Shown piece by piece: positions 9,729 to 19,741 of a stretch of 64,000 bases of DNA (its first letter is position 1; each line of letters begins with the position of its first letter). The stretch is from an uncultured Candidatus Finniella sp. (GTDB taxonomy: Bacteria > Pseudomonadota > Alphaproteobacteria > Paracaedibacterales > VGCI01). A program made the translations under genes and the position numbers. The notes below the pieces were generated by a model. It was given only the letters and a program-made list of their open reading frames with translations. It was not told the DNA's origin and ran no database searches. The stretch spans positions 1,747 to 65,746 of the forward strand of contig CAYRJJ010000001.1 in NCBI GenBank assembly GCA_964424515.1. The letters are read 5' to 3'.

Positions 9729-10475
9729 TTATTGGGAGGGATTCCAAATCCAGTTCGCATTTTTCAAGAGAGGCGCATAAATATCCTCTTCTAAAGGAAT
9801 GTGAATCATTTGCTCTTCCTCCCGGGTTGGCGGACGGGATAAAAACTGGATTTTTGGCGCCTCTTCAATAAGCGCTATCGGGGTTTGTTCCGCGCCTTCT
9901 CCCATGATAAAAACCGCTGACGCTGCTAACGCATCAAGAATATTAATCTGGGTCACTTGAAGGGGATGATTAAAAATATCAGGCTTGCCAACATAACTAT
10001 ACAAGGGTTCAAAGCCACACCATCCAAGCGCAATGCCTGTAACGCCTTTCCGTAAAGGGGTTGTATGGCTATCTGTTATGACGATCCCCAAATGGGTGAG
10101 GTGATGCTTGTTACGCAAATGCTCCCAAATTGATGTGGCCGTTTGTTGGCTATTTTGAGGGTAAAGGATATACAAGCCATCCCCGTTTGATTCATCAATC
10201 CCGGCAGAGGGAATCAGGATATTGTGCTTGATCGTCAGATGAACATTACAGAGGTTATGCGTTTGCGCTAAATAGGCGTTAGCTTCTTTTTTGACAAGCT
10301 CATATTTGCTTTGTACGGAATTTTTTGGTACGGTACGTCCCTCGCAGAGACTGATAATTTTGGATGTAATCGCAACAATCACCCCTTCCGTCAACGTTGG
10401 GATATGCTGATCCAGGATATCATTAATTGATTCAGTTGATTGAATTTTATGTGTTTTTAGAGCGGTGATTTTCAT
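9729..10475 (-). CDS. CofE-family gamma-glutamyl ligase-like protein (FolC2-like, putative folate polyglutamylation)
   Basis: 248 aa. AGIDESNG motif and VAITSKIISLCEGR are characteristic of the F420-0:gamma-glutamyl ligase (CofE) fold. It lies next to a dihydrofolate reductase gene. Confidence 0.7.
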   Translation of the reverse strand: MKITALKTHKIQSTESINDILDQHIPTLTEGVIVAITSKIISLCEGRTVPKNSVQSKYELVKKEANAYLAQTHNLCNVHLTIKHNILIPSAGIDESNGDGLYILYPQNSQQTATSIWEHLRNKHHLTHLGIVITDSHTTPLRKGVTGIALGWCGFEPLYSYVGKPDIFNHPLQVTQINILDALAASAVFIMGEGAEQTPIALIEEAPKIQFLSRPPTREEEQMIHIPLEEDIYAPLLKNANWIWNPSQ

Positions 10476-10660
10476 GGCGTTTTATTTGTCCTTGCTTGTT
10501 AGGTTCCATCCATATTTATAGTAGGGAATCATGACTTCAAAAAGGCAAAAAATCTACCATTTCTGTCATGGCGAGAACACTTGAAAAAAATCTCGTTGAT
10601 GGTTTCCGGAATGAGCATGGCCGTTGGCTCCGCCATAACAAAAAATTGGCCATTTTCCTG

Positions 10661-10806
10661 GGGCGTGTCATCAATTGAAGGATTTTGTGGCGAAAATGGC
10701 GGGTTTTGAGAACCGTATCGCAAGAATACTTAAGGCGTATTTTTAGAAACGGAAGCGCAGAAAACTGCCATTTGCAGTCCAAAAGCCGATAGTTGATAAC
10801 ACGCCC
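10661..10806. mobile_element. MITE-like element R3, copy 1 (146 bp, imperfect ~16-bp TIR GGGCGTGTYATCAAYT)
   Basis: The ends gggcgtgtcatcaatt and agttgataacacgccc are inverted repeats. The whole element is about 85-88% identical to the reverse complement of 45936-46079. It fills the gap just 3' of the folA stop. Confidence 0.7.
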
Positions 10807-11342
10807 TAAACTCTTTTTCTTTTTTCCCGTCCTGAAGGGCTAGGAAACCTGGTATATTTATAAATTGTAAAGTCCTTCTCTTTTCTGATCATTTCTTGAT
10901 CCCAGCCTTCTAAAAGTTCCAAAGGGAAAATAGTGTCCCCTTCATAAAATTTATGGATTTGCGTCAATAAAAATTTGTTCACAAGGTTGGCCTTCAAGAA
11001 TAGCTTTGTCATTTCTGCGCCGCCAATCATGTAGCTTTCCTTTTGGAACGGTAAATCCGTTAATGCCAGAAAATCGTTCAATGAAGAAACAAAAACAATC
11101 GTTTCATTTAAGAAAAATGGTTCTTTATATTTTTTTGAAAAAACAATATTGAAACGATCTTTTAAAATGGTTGGCGGTATGGACTCATAAGTTTTGCGGC
11201 CCATAATCATGAGGCGCTGATATGTCGTACAGCGGAAATGTTCTAACTCTTCAGGATAAGACCAGGGTAATGTTCCCATTTTTCCAATAACACCCCTCGG
11301 ATCACAAGCCATAAGGCCAACAATTTTTCTGATATGCATCAT
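10806..11342 (-). CDS. folA: Dihydrofolate reductase
   Basis: 178 aa. IGKMGTLPW, MGRKTYESIP and YMIGGAEM motifs of type I DHFR. Confidence 0.8.
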   Translation of the reverse strand: MMHIRKIVGLMACDPRGVIGKMGTLPWSYPEELEHFRCTTYQRLMIMGRKTYESIPPTILKDRFNIVFSKKYKEPFFLNETIVFVSSLNDFLALTDLPFQKESYMIGGAEMTKLFLKANLVNKFLLTQIHKFYEGDTIFPLELLEGWDQEMIRKEKDFTIYKYTRFPSPSGREKRKRV

Positions 11343-11591
11343 AAGTGGCCTTTCTTATCATAGTAATCCTGGGACTTTTTTAGCGAAAAAAACCTCGGAA
11401 ATAAGTTTTAAGAAAATCTCACATACCGCTTTCTCAAAGTCAAGGCAGGGAATGTATAATTTCCTTTGAATCTCTATCCTTTGTCCGGAAATTAATTAAT
11501 GTGCAATAGTGTTCTAAATTAGGTATAGTCAAGCCGTGTGATATGTCATGTCTGGATCCTTGGATCCACGGAAGTGTAGGACATAGAAAAA

Positions 11592-12473
11592 ATGACGGGT
11601 AAAAAGACGCCAGCGCAAAAAATAATCCTTGTTACGGGAATGTCAGGGGCTGGGCGGTCAACTGCTTTGAAAATTCTGGAAGATTTGGGCTATGAAGCCA
11701 TCGACAATCTTCCTTTAAGCTTATTTCCCCACTTATGCGAGCAAATTCTATCCTGGGAACGGCGGAATCCTTTGGCAATTGGAATCGATACCCGCTCTTA
11801 CGGCTTTGACTTAAGCCGGTTCCGGGACATATTTCAGGACCTTCTTACCACCTTAAATGTTTCAGTCCGCTTGCTTTATCTTGAATGTGATGACGAGGTG
11901 CTCTTGCGCCGGTTTACCGAAACACGCCGACGGCATCCTATTGGAGAGTTCCCGTTACCGGAGGCTATTTTTCAGGAACGGCAATTGATTGATCCTTTAA
12001 AGTCATTAGCTGAACTGGTCATCGATACCTCCCGCTTGTCTATGCCAACTTTTGGGCAAATGGTACGCCAGCATTTCAGCCTTGAAGAATCACTGACCCT
12101 GTTAATTCGCTTAATGTCCTTTTCTTATCGCCGGGGATTGCCCCGGGAAGCGGATATGGTTTTTGATGCCCGCTTTCTCTCGAACCCCCATTATGAAAAA
12201 CCCTTCCGGGCTTTAACGGGAAAAGATACGGTTGTAGGGGAATACTTAACTCAAGATTCCAATTGGCAGGGCGTATATGAAGCATTACAAGCTATCATAT
12301 GTCATTCTTTGAAGGGTTTTCGTCTGACAGGGCGGAGTTATTTAACCATCGCTTGCGGTTGCACGGGAGGGCAGCACCGGTCTGTTTTCTTAGCTGATCA
12401 ATTGTCAAAATGGCTTCACAACCAGGGAGAAAGAGTTATTATTGAGCATCGGGATTTACCTGTTCTGTCATAA
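11592..12473 (+). CDS. rapZ: RNase adapter protein RapZ (P-loop NTPase YhbJ family)
   Basis: 293 aa. Walker A GMSGAGRSTALKILEDLGYEAIDNLP. C-terminal CGCTGGQHRSV motif. Confidence 0.9.
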   Translation: MTGKKTPAQKIILVTGMSGAGRSTALKILEDLGYEAIDNLPLSLFPHLCEQILSWERRNPLAIGIDTRSYGFDLSRFRDIFQDLLTTLNVSVRLLYLECDDEVLLRRFTETRRRHPIGEFPLPEAIFQERQLIDPLKSLAELVIDTSRLSMPTFGQMVRQHFSLEESLTLLIRLMSFSYRRGLPREADMVFDARFLSNPHYEKPFRALTGKDTVVGEYLTQDSNWQGVYEALQAIICHSLKGFRLTGRSYLTIACGCTGGQHRSVFLADQLSKWLHNQGERVIIEHRDLPVLS

Positions 12474-12493
12474 TAATGAAAGGATTTAAGAAT

Positions 12494-12940
12494 ATGATTG
12501 GTCTTGTCATCGTAACCCATGGTCAACTTGCCAATGCCTTTGTTGAAGCATTAGAGCATGTTGTTGGACCTCGTGAAAATATCCGCGCGATTTGTATTTA
12601 CCCTCAAGATAACATCGACCAGCGCCGGGCGGATATTTTGAAAACCGCGGAGGAAATTGATAGCGGTCAAGGGGTTATTTTGCTCACGGATCTTTTCGGA
12701 GGAACCCCTTCCAATTTAGCGATTTCAGCGCTGGGCGTGAAGCCGGTAGAAGTCATCGCCGGAATTAATTTACCCATGCTTGTCCGGCTGGCGCGTTTGC
12801 CAGAAGGAACATCCTTGAAAGAAGCTGTTGCCCAAGGCCAGGAAGCAGGGCATAAGTATATTCATGCCGCCTCTACTTTACTTGAAAGCAAACTGATCGA
12901 ACCCGTAACAACAGAACAGATGACCCAAAAAACTGGATAA
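12494..12940 (+). CDS. PTS EIIA component, mannose/fructose family
   Basis: N-terminus MIGLVIVTHGQLA contains the phosphorylatable His. ATG at 12494 follows AAGGA; the ORF track's 12476 start is an alternative. The rapZ-EIIA(Man)-HPr order is typical of alphaproteobacteria. Confidence 0.85.
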   Translation: MIGLVIVTHGQLANAFVEALEHVVGPRENIRAICIYPQDNIDQRRADILKTAEEIDSGQGVILLTDLFGGTPSNLAISALGVKPVEVIAGINLPMLVRLARLPEGTSLKEAVAQGQEAGHKYIHAASTLLESKLIEPVTTEQMTQKTG

Positions 12941-12956
12941 CCCTCAAGTGCTGGCA

Positions 12957-13274
12957 ATGAATGATGAGGCTCCAAACTGTCAATCCGTCAAAATAGTTAA
13001 CCGCCTGGGGTTACATGCCCGGGCATCTGGCAAGCTTGTGAATTTGGCCGATCAGTTTAACGCCATTGTGACGCTTGAAAAAGATAACCAGGTTGCATCG
13101 ACCGATTCGATTCTGGAATTGATGATGCTCACAGCAAGCCCGGGAGATGAGGTTACGGTTAAGGCAACTGGCCCCGAAGCAAGCATGGCTCTTAAAGCGG
13201 TTGTAGATTTGATACAACAAGGCTTTGGGGAAGAAATATCTCCGGAAATTAATCCTCAAGAGCCTGAGATGTGA
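12957..13274 (+). CDS. ptsH: HPr-family phosphocarrier protein
   Basis: VKIVNRLGLHARASGKLV contains the active-site His and the downstream regulatory Ser region. ATG at 12957; an upstream GTG at 12948 is possible. Confidence 0.85.
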   Translation: MNDEAPNCQSVKIVNRLGLHARASGKLVNLADQFNAIVTLEKDNQVASTDSILELMMLTASPGDEVTVKATGPEASMALKAVVDLIQQGFGEEISPEINPQEPEM

Positions 13275-14007
13275 CGGTGAGGGATTTGATAACCTTCAAA
13301 AGACCCTGCAACATCTGGCATGTTACAGCTGATGGGTAGCCCGTTAGGTCATGGGGCGTAAAATGCTGTTGAAAAGCCTGGCATACTTTTTGCGTATTTT
13401 CATCCCACACGCCTGTTTGAGGGCAGCCATAGCCAATATCGGACAAAGCGCGTTGTATTTCTAAACTATCCATAGGCAGAAGGGGGGACGCATGATGGGG
13501 CGCCGGCTTGGTTTCAAAAGGCCAAAGCCCGAAGCCTTTCCGGGCGAGGTTAGCCCAGGGGAACATCTCGCCAGGGTCTTTTTTACGTAAAGGGGCAATA
13601 TCTGAATGCCCTACAATACGGTGAGGGGAAACCGCATATGTTTTTGTCAGCTCACCCAGCAAATCAGCTAACGTGTTCATTTGAGCCGCTGAAAAAGGTT
13701 CCGGGCCAAAAGTATGCCCGCGGTTATCCAGTTCAATCCCGATAGATCGATGGTTGATATCCGTCTCTCCTTGCCAGGAGCTGACGCCCGCATGCCACGC
13801 GCAATATATCGGGTCAACCAGTTGATAAAGCGCCCCTTCTTTATGTATTAAAAAATGCGCGCTCACCTTTGCTTCGGCATCACATAATCGTACCAAAGCT
13901 TCTTCTGCATTACGCATATCCGTATAGTGGAGAACAATCAGGTCAAGAGGCGTCTTTGGGGAACGCGGTTCAAAATTAGGTGACGGGTAAGGAATCTTCT
14001 CAAGCAT
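13249..14007 (-). CDS. N-acetylmuramoyl-L-alanine amidase (AmpD/amidase_2) with C-terminal peptidoglycan-binding-like domain
   Basis: 252 aa. VLHYT, SAHFLI, AWHAGVSSW and HRSIGIELDN motifs of amidase_2. Its 3' end overlaps the HPr 3' end by 26 nt (convergent). Confidence 0.85.
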   Translation of the reverse strand: MLEKIPYPSPNFEPRSPKTPLDLIVLHYTDMRNAEEALVRLCDAEAKVSAHFLIHKEGALYQLVDPIYCAWHAGVSSWQGETDINHRSIGIELDNRGHTFGPEPFSAAQMNTLADLLGELTKTYAVSPHRIVGHSDIAPLRKKDPGEMFPWANLARKGFGLWPFETKPAPHHASPLLPMDSLEIQRALSDIGYGCPQTGVWDENTQKVCQAFQQHFTPHDLTGYPSAVTCQMLQGLLKVIKSLTVTSQALED

Positions 14008-14260
14008 TTGCCATTCTTTTTATGAGCCAAAATCATTTTGTAACTCTCTTATGGTCATAACTATCATGGATCGGAATGATAAAAACAACTCGAAAAATCT
14101 TGCGCTAAAATTACATATGCCATATTTACGCAATAGTATGTGGAATGGTTCCCTCATTTTTCCTATGGCGGGGACAAATTATCCTCTTGAACCTTTTGAT
14201 GGCTCCGTCGTAAGGTACTCGCCATATGATAAGGAAAGCAACCAGAGGTTGTGACTTGAG

Positions 14261-16336
14261 ATGGCCAATTTCGCTCCTTTTTTTGAAGACCGCTCGCGCT
14301 GGTTTTTATGGTGGCCGGTGGGCATGGGAGTCGGTATTTCCCTCTATTTTTCTCTGCCTTTTGAACTTTCTCTCTCCTCCACGCTGATTTTTCTTTTCAT
14401 AAGCCTGGCCGCGATTTCCGCAACGCTTCGCTTTTGGCGTTATCGCCTCCTCCCCTTCCTGGCGTCCATGATGGTTCTGAGCTTCAGTATGGGATTGACC
14501 GTTGCCAAGATCCGAACAGACTGGCTTGCCACGCCCTTCCTGCTCACCAAGATGGAAAACGTAAAAATAAAAGCGCGCATCGTTGATATTGAAGAACTTC
14601 CCAACCGCCGCCGTTTGACGTTTGATAATCTTACGTTTTCACAAGAAGGCATTCCTAGGTTACGCAAAATCCGACTAACGTTGCCCTTATCAAAACCTTT
14701 ATCTGTAACGATTGGTGACCAGGCGTCTTTCAATGCTTCCCTTCTTCCCCTTTCAGATCCCGTGAGTATTAACGGGTACAATTTCCGGCGCCAAGCCTAC
14801 TTTCAAGGAATTGGGGCAACAGGGCGGATAAAAAGTTCAATCCATGTGATAGAAAGCAACGATAAGGGCCTTTGGCTTGCTGCGATGCCTTACCGCCTCA
14901 CCCAAACCATTCGCCAGCATTTGCCGGGGCAACGGGGAGAGATCGCCGCTGCTCTCATTACAGGAGACCGGTCCGGCATATACCCTGAGATGCGGCAGGC
15001 ATTTACCGATGCGGGCCTTGCGCATATCCTCGCTATTTCTGGCCTTCATTTAACGTTAGTAGCCGGGATTATATTTCTGGTTTTCCGGCGTGGGCTTGCC
15101 CTCATTCCCTCTCTTGCGGAAAATTATCCCATCAAAAAATGGGCTGCCCTATTAGGGATTGCCGCAACTTTTGCCTACCTCTCCCTCTCTGGTTTTGGTA
15201 TTCCCGCGCAACGGGCTTTTGTCATGATCAGTATTGTGATGATGGGTATTCTGTTGGACCGTAATCCTTTGTCCATGCGCCTCGTCGCCATTGCCGCCAC
15301 TGTTATCCTGGTCCTGCGCCCGGAAAGTTTGCTATCCGCAAGCTTTCAATTATCCTTCGCTGCCGTGGTTGGCCTTATTGCAGCTTATGAAGGTGGCTGG
15401 GCGCCTTTACGGCAGTGGTCATGTGAAGGAGGTTCCTGCCGTAAATTGATCACCTATGGGGCTGGATTGGTTGCGACGACCCTCATTGCTACCCTGGCGA
15501 CGACCCCTTATACCCTCGCTATTTTCAACCGGTTTACCTTACAAACCCTCATCGGTAATTTTTTAGCTATTCCGTTAACCAGCGTTTTCATTATGCCCGC
15601 TGCAACCTTGAGCGTCCTGTCCCTTTCCTTCGGAGGGATCGAAGCTGCTTTTCACTTCTTATCTTTTGGGCTGGAGCAGCTTATCCATATTGCTGAAACG
15701 GTTTCCTCCTGGCCAGGCGCCGCTATTATCGTTCCAACCCCTCCATCTCCCTTCGTGGGTTTGGTAACGTTCGGGGGGTTGTGGATATGCTTTTGGAAAA
15801 GTTACTGGCGATGGGGAGGACTCATCCTTTGTGCCCTCGGCTGCTTTTCCCTGTTTCTGCATCATCCCGCAACTCTTTATGCAGCCGGTGATGGCGCCGT
15901 TATCGCCTACCAATCAGACAATACGCTTTATGTTTCAGACCTGAAGCGGGGCAGTTTCTTTACAGATCAATGGATGAAGGAATTAGGTCTCAAACAGAAA
16001 AAGGAATGGCCTGCTGATCAGGTGAGAATAGGTCCTGCCTTATTGGCCCGCTCCCCCAGCTTCCCTTTAAAACCATCTTTGAGAATTTCAAAAGAAATGT
16101 GTCAGGTAAAGGCTTTTATTACGACCAGTTATGCCTGGCGCGACTGCAAACGCTGGCGTTATATGCCGGATGTGTTCATTGACCGGTATACGTTAAAGCG
16201 TGATGGCACTTATCAACTTTGGATTACGCCGGAGGATATTCATGTAAAATCAGTACGGACATCATTGGGCTTGAGACCTTGGAACCGGGGGTATGAGAAA
16301 CCAGGCTGGAGTAAAATAAAAAAAGGTGCCACTTGA
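14261..16336 (+). CDS. comEC: ComEC/Rec2 family DNA internalization channel protein
   Basis: 691 aa and polytopic. Competence-domain motif ITGDRSGIYPEMRQAFTDAGLAHILAISGLHL. Confidence 0.85.
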   Translation: MANFAPFFEDRSRWFLWWPVGMGVGISLYFSLPFELSLSSTLIFLFISLAAISATLRFWRYRLLPFLASMMVLSFSMGLTVAKIRTDWLATPFLLTKMENVKIKARIVDIEELPNRRRLTFDNLTFSQEGIPRLRKIRLTLPLSKPLSVTIGDQASFNASLLPLSDPVSINGYNFRRQAYFQGIGATGRIKSSIHVIESNDKGLWLAAMPYRLTQTIRQHLPGQRGEIAAALITGDRSGIYPEMRQAFTDAGLAHILAISGLHLTLVAGIIFLVFRRGLALIPSLAENYPIKKWAALLGIAATFAYLSLSGFGIPAQRAFVMISIVMMGILLDRNPLSMRLVAIAATVILVLRPESLLSASFQLSFAAVVGLIAAYEGGWAPLRQWSCEGGSCRKLITYGAGLVATTLIATLATTPYTLAIFNRFTLQTLIGNFLAIPLTSVFIMPAATLSVLSLSFGGIEAAFHFLSFGLEQLIHIAETVSSWPGAAIIVPTPPSPFVGLVTFGGLWICFWKSYWRWGGLILCALGCFSLFLHHPATLYAAGDGAVIAYQSDNTLYVSDLKRGSFFTDQWMKELGLKQKKEWPADQVRIGPALLARSPSFPLKPSLRISKEMCQVKAFITTSYAWRDCKRWRYMPDVFIDRYTLKRDGTYQLWITPEDIHVKSVRTSLGLRPWNRGYEKPGWSKIKKGAT

Positions 16337-16560
16337 GCCGACGGAGTAAAGATCCTCTCGCGACCTGACAAGCAGGTGGGAACCATGTGCCAAAACCACG
16401 GTTTTGGTAGGGACAGTCTCCGAGAAGTTAGATAGGGTCCGGGGATGCAACTCCATCTAACCCAGCAGCACCATCTTTAATATACCTGACTTTAAGTTAG
16501 CTTACAACATAAAAAATTATCATTATATTTCATTTTTTTAAACAAAAGTTATATATTGTT

Positions 16561-17523
16561 TCAACTGTCCCCCCACCCTGCCTGGGTAGCCGCTTTATAA
16601 TGCCCTTTATCTCTTTTAGAAATGGTTTGGCGTTTAAGCCCTTCGCTGGCGCATAAGTCTAGCGTAACATGGCCAGACCGCTGTAAGGGTTTGCGGATAA
16701 TGCGTGCTGCCGGCGCCGGATGGATTCCAGGTAGCCGCAAAGCGACAAGATAGCTAAACTTCTCATCCTCATAAGGTAAAGAAACTTTCTTGATGTCTCG
16801 ATGAATACGGGACCGGGGCAGCCGCTTCGAGAAGTGGCACCAATCATTCTTTTTCAAAGGGCAAACCTTATGATGCGGGCAGGGAGCGGCAATAAAGGCC
16901 CCCCATTCAATCAATAAATCCCGTAATCCCATTAATTGCTGATATCTTACCGGCGTGCCAGGCATCAAAATAATAAGTCCCAACGATGCTTTCTCCCAAG
17001 CTTTTTTCAGGACTTTTACTTGATGTTCAGAAGAGAGTTCGTTCAAGACATAGGATAAGGTCACGATATCGAATGGCGCATCAAGTGACAGGGTTGAGAG
17101 ATTTGCGCGTTGAAAAGAAAAATGTTGATGCGCAATCTCAGGCGCCTCTTTGAGAAGATTTTGAGCTACCTTGTTCATAAAGGCATCTTCTTCAATTAAA
17201 TGGAAGCGCTCGCATGCTGGCCAATACAGAGCAGCGGCCAACGCCGCCGTTCCTGGTCCGGCTCCTAAATCTAAAACAGACGTGACGTGCTCCAGGGGAA
17301 CATGAGGCAAAACGGATTCTACAGCTGCAAATGTCGCTGGTAGACGGGCCGCCACATAAGCCATCGCCTCAGATGAGGAGGCAAATCCTGCTGTCCTTCC
17401 CTGTGACGTTCGATACCGTTTTGTCAGCTGTTTCTGTGCTATTTTAACAGAGGGTCTGGAATCAGCTGATTCCAGAAGTTCTTGAATGCGGTTTTGAAAA
17501 GAAAGGGGAAGCAATGACCTCAT
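16561..17523 (-). CDS. Rsm22-like SAM-dependent methyltransferase with C-terminal Cys/His cluster
   Basis: 320 aa. SAM motif [15 protein letters not shown]. The N-terminal region resembles mitochondrial Rsm22-family proteins. [17 protein letters not shown] cluster. The start overlaps the fdx stop by 4 nt. Confidence 0.7.
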   Translation of the reverse strand: MRSLLPLSFQNRIQELLESADSRPSVKIAQKQLTKRYRTSQGRTAGFASSSEAMAYVAARLPATFAAVESVLPHVPLEHVTSVLDLGAGPGTAALAAALYWPACERFHLIEEDAFMNKVAQNLLKEAPEIAHQHFSFQRANLSTLSLDAPFDIVTLSYVLNELSSEHQVKVLKKAWEKASLGLIILMPGTPVRYQQLMGLRDLLIEWGAFIAAPCPHHKVCPLKKNDWCHFSKRLPRSRIHRDIKKVSLPYEDEKFSYLVALRLPGIHPAPAARIIRKPLQRSGHVTLDLCASEGLKRQTISKRDKGHYKAATQAGWGDS

Positions 17524-17849
17524 ACCATCATGTTACGGGTAGCGGCAGGCAACTGGACAACGAGACCATCAAGTTCTTCCGTCATAATAATCTGACATCC
17601 CAAGCGCGATGTTTGGGTCAAGCCGAAGGCCAGGTCAAGCATGTCTTCTTCATCTTCCGTCGCCGCCGAGAGCATATCATACCATTCAGGTTCTACAATG
17701 ACGTGGCATGTCGAGCAAGCTAATGAACCTTCACATGCCCCTTCCAGGTCTACTTTATTTCGATGCGCAATTTCCAAAACGGATAACCCAACCGGCGCAT
17801 CCACTTGAATACGGCCTCCCGATGGCGTCATAAATGTCATTTTTGGCAT
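17520..17849 (-). CDS. fdx: [2Fe-2S] ferredoxin, ISC/adrenodoxin type
   Basis: 109 aa. Cys ligands in [12 protein letters not shown] and a downstream LGCQI. Confidence 0.9.
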   Translation of the reverse strand: MPKMTFMTPSGGRIQVDAPVGLSVLEIAHRNKVDLEGACEGSLACSTCHVIVEPEWYDMLSAATEDEEDMLDLAFGLTQTSRLGCQIIMTEELDGLVVQLPAATRNMMV

Positions 17850-17873
17850 ACTTTTAAAACTCCAACTTCATTT

Positions 17874-19727
17874 TTACTTCTCTAACGGTGAAGAGACATT
17901 TACCGCTTCCCCAACCAGGCGTTCTACCCGCCGTGCTGCGAAAGGAACACTCATAGATTCTAACATTTTTTGTCGCTCTACAATGGCGTCTTGATCCGCA
18001 TCTGTCAAGCGTTGCTCTAACGCTTCCATAGCGTGAAGCAAGCTTTCCCGCTCAACTGCCGTCAGCAAATCCCCATCCACTTTAATAGCCTTATCCATCT
18101 GATGAAGCAACTGCTGCGCTTTTACTTTTGTTTCAATCAGAAGACGATTTTTTATATCCTTTGACCCATGTACCGCATTTTCGCGCAAGATCCGGCGATA
18201 ATCCTCTTCTGTCAAACCATAGGAAGGCTTGACGGTAACTTCCTGATGCGTATTTGTTGTTGTTTCCGTCGCGCTCACCGTCAGCAAGCCATCCACATCA
18301 ACCATAAACGTCACCACAATGCGGGCTGCTCCCGCCATCATGGGGGGAATGCCCGTTAACGTAAATTCAGCCAGAGACCGGCAATGTTCCATCAATTCAC
18401 GTTCCCCTTGAAGAACATGAATTTTCATGGCTGTTTGCCCCTCCTGATAGGTTGTAAATTCTTGAGAACAGGTTGCCGGAATGGGCGTATTGCGGGGAAT
18501 GATCTTTTCGACCACGCCTCCCATTGTCTCTAATCCCAATGACAGGGGGGTTACATCCAGGAGCAACGTTTCTACCCTTCTCGTCAACGCTTCCGCTTGC
18601 AATGCGGCGCCAAGCGCTACAACTTCGTCAGGATTCAGATTGGTTAACGGGTCTTGCCCAAAAAATTCAGCAACCCGTCCTTGAATGAGAGGCATCCGCG
18701 TTGTCCCTCCCACGAGCACAACGCCTTTTATGTCTTTTAGCGTTAAATCCGCATCAATTAAAACGCGCCGGCAAATATCAATGGTCTTTTCTACCAGAGG
18801 TGTGGCTAATTGTTCCAAAGTTGGGCGGTCAAGAGGAAATTCCTTATCCCCGAGTAATTCCCACCTTCCCCGTTCCTGCCGGGATAAATATTCTTTTATG
18901 GATCGGGCCGCTTTGAGGGCTTGTTTGTAGCGTGCCGGCGTTAAGCTGATTTCGGGAGCTAAATGGTGAAAATATTCGACAATTAAACGATCAATATCAT
19001 CTCCTCCCAGTGCGGTATCTCCGCCTGTCGCCAGCACCTGAAAGACCCCTTTGGCCATTCGTAAGAGAGACACATCAAACGTCCCCCCCCCTAAATCATA
19101 AACAGCATAAATCCCTTCAATCCCTTGATCCAAACCATAAGCCAGCGCCGCCGCTGTTGGTTCATTGATCAACCGCAATACTTTTAATCCTGCAAGGGCG
19201 GCAGCGTCCTTTGTCGCTTGCCGCGCCGCTTCATCAAAGTAAGCGGGCACCGTAATCACAGCCTTCTCAATGAATTGATTGAGGGCGGTCTCAGCCTGGC
19301 TTTTAAGGGTACGCAAGATATCAGCCGCTACTTCAACAGGTGTTTTAATCTCGTCTCCAACCGTCAACCTCACCATCGTATCTGAATCGCTTTGTTCAGC
19401 AACTGTTAAGGTATATTTTCCCGCCATTTCCCTTGCTTCCGCGCTCGACCGGCCCATCAGCCGTTTAGAAGAGGTCACGACCCGGTCAGGCGCTTCATCG
19501 ATTAGGTCAACCGCTTTCTCTCCCACGATCGGCGCAGACCCCTCAGCGTAAGCGACAACGGATGGTAAGAGGCATTCCCCCCGGCTATCAGCCAATGCGA
19601 ATGGTTTGCGGTTTTCAGAAAACGCAACAACGGAGTTGGTTGTCCCCAAATCGATGCCAATAGCAACAGCTTGAGACAGCTTCTCTTGAACAAGGCTTGA
19701 GACGGGTTCCGTAATTTGTAATAACAC
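17874..19727 (-). CDS. hscA: Fe-S cluster assembly chaperone HscA (Hsp70 family)
   Basis: 617 aa. Hsp70 motifs [10 protein letters not shown] and [10 protein letters not shown]. Located between hscB and fdx. Confidence 0.95.
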   Translation of the reverse strand: MLLQITEPVSSLVQEKLSQAVAIGIDLGTTNSVVAFSENRKPFALADSRGECLLPSVVAYAEGSAPIVGEKAVDLIDEAPDRVVTSSKRLMGRSSAEAREMAGKYTLTVAEQSDSDTMVRLTVGDEIKTPVEVAADILRTLKSQAETALNQFIEKAVITVPAYFDEAARQATKDAAALAGLKVLRLINEPTAAALAYGLDQGIEGIYAVYDLGGGTFDVSLLRMAKGVFQVLATGGDTALGGDDIDRLIVEYFHHLAPEISLTPARYKQALKAARSIKEYLSRQERGRWELLGDKEFPLDRPTLEQLATPLVEKTIDICRRVLIDADLTLKDIKGVVLVGGTTRMPLIQGRVAEFFGQDPLTNLNPDEVVALGAALQAEALTRRVETLLLDVTPLSLGLETMGGVVEKIIPRNTPIPATCSQEFTTYQEGQTAMKIHVLQGERELMEHCRSLAEFTLTGIPPMMAGAARIVVTFMVDVDGLLTVSATETTTNTHQEVTVKPSYGLTEEDYRRILRENAVHGSKDIKNRLLIETKVKAQQLLHQMDKAIKVDGDLLTAVERESLLHAMEALEQRLTDADQDAIVERQKMLESMSVPFAARRVERLVGEAVNVSSPLEK

Positions 19728-19741
19728 TGCGTTGCTTCTCC

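Noticed and set aside
10529-10782. ORFs of 64 and 81 aa between the CofE-like gene and folA.
   Set aside because: Most of their length lies in MITE R3, which recurs inverted at 45936-46079, so they are repeat artefacts.
14051-14254. 67-aa ORF just upstream of comEC.
   Set aside because: No SD and no motifs. It lies in the divergent promoter region between the amidase gene and comEC.
16337-16480. Tried to read this segment as a tRNA, SRP RNA (ffs) or two-piece tmRNA.
   Set aside because: There is no T-arm GGTTCGAATCC-like motif or cloverleaf. The SRP helix-8 core is incomplete. There is no tmRNA UUCGAC or tag-ORF signature. It is kept only as an unclassified structured region in the findings.
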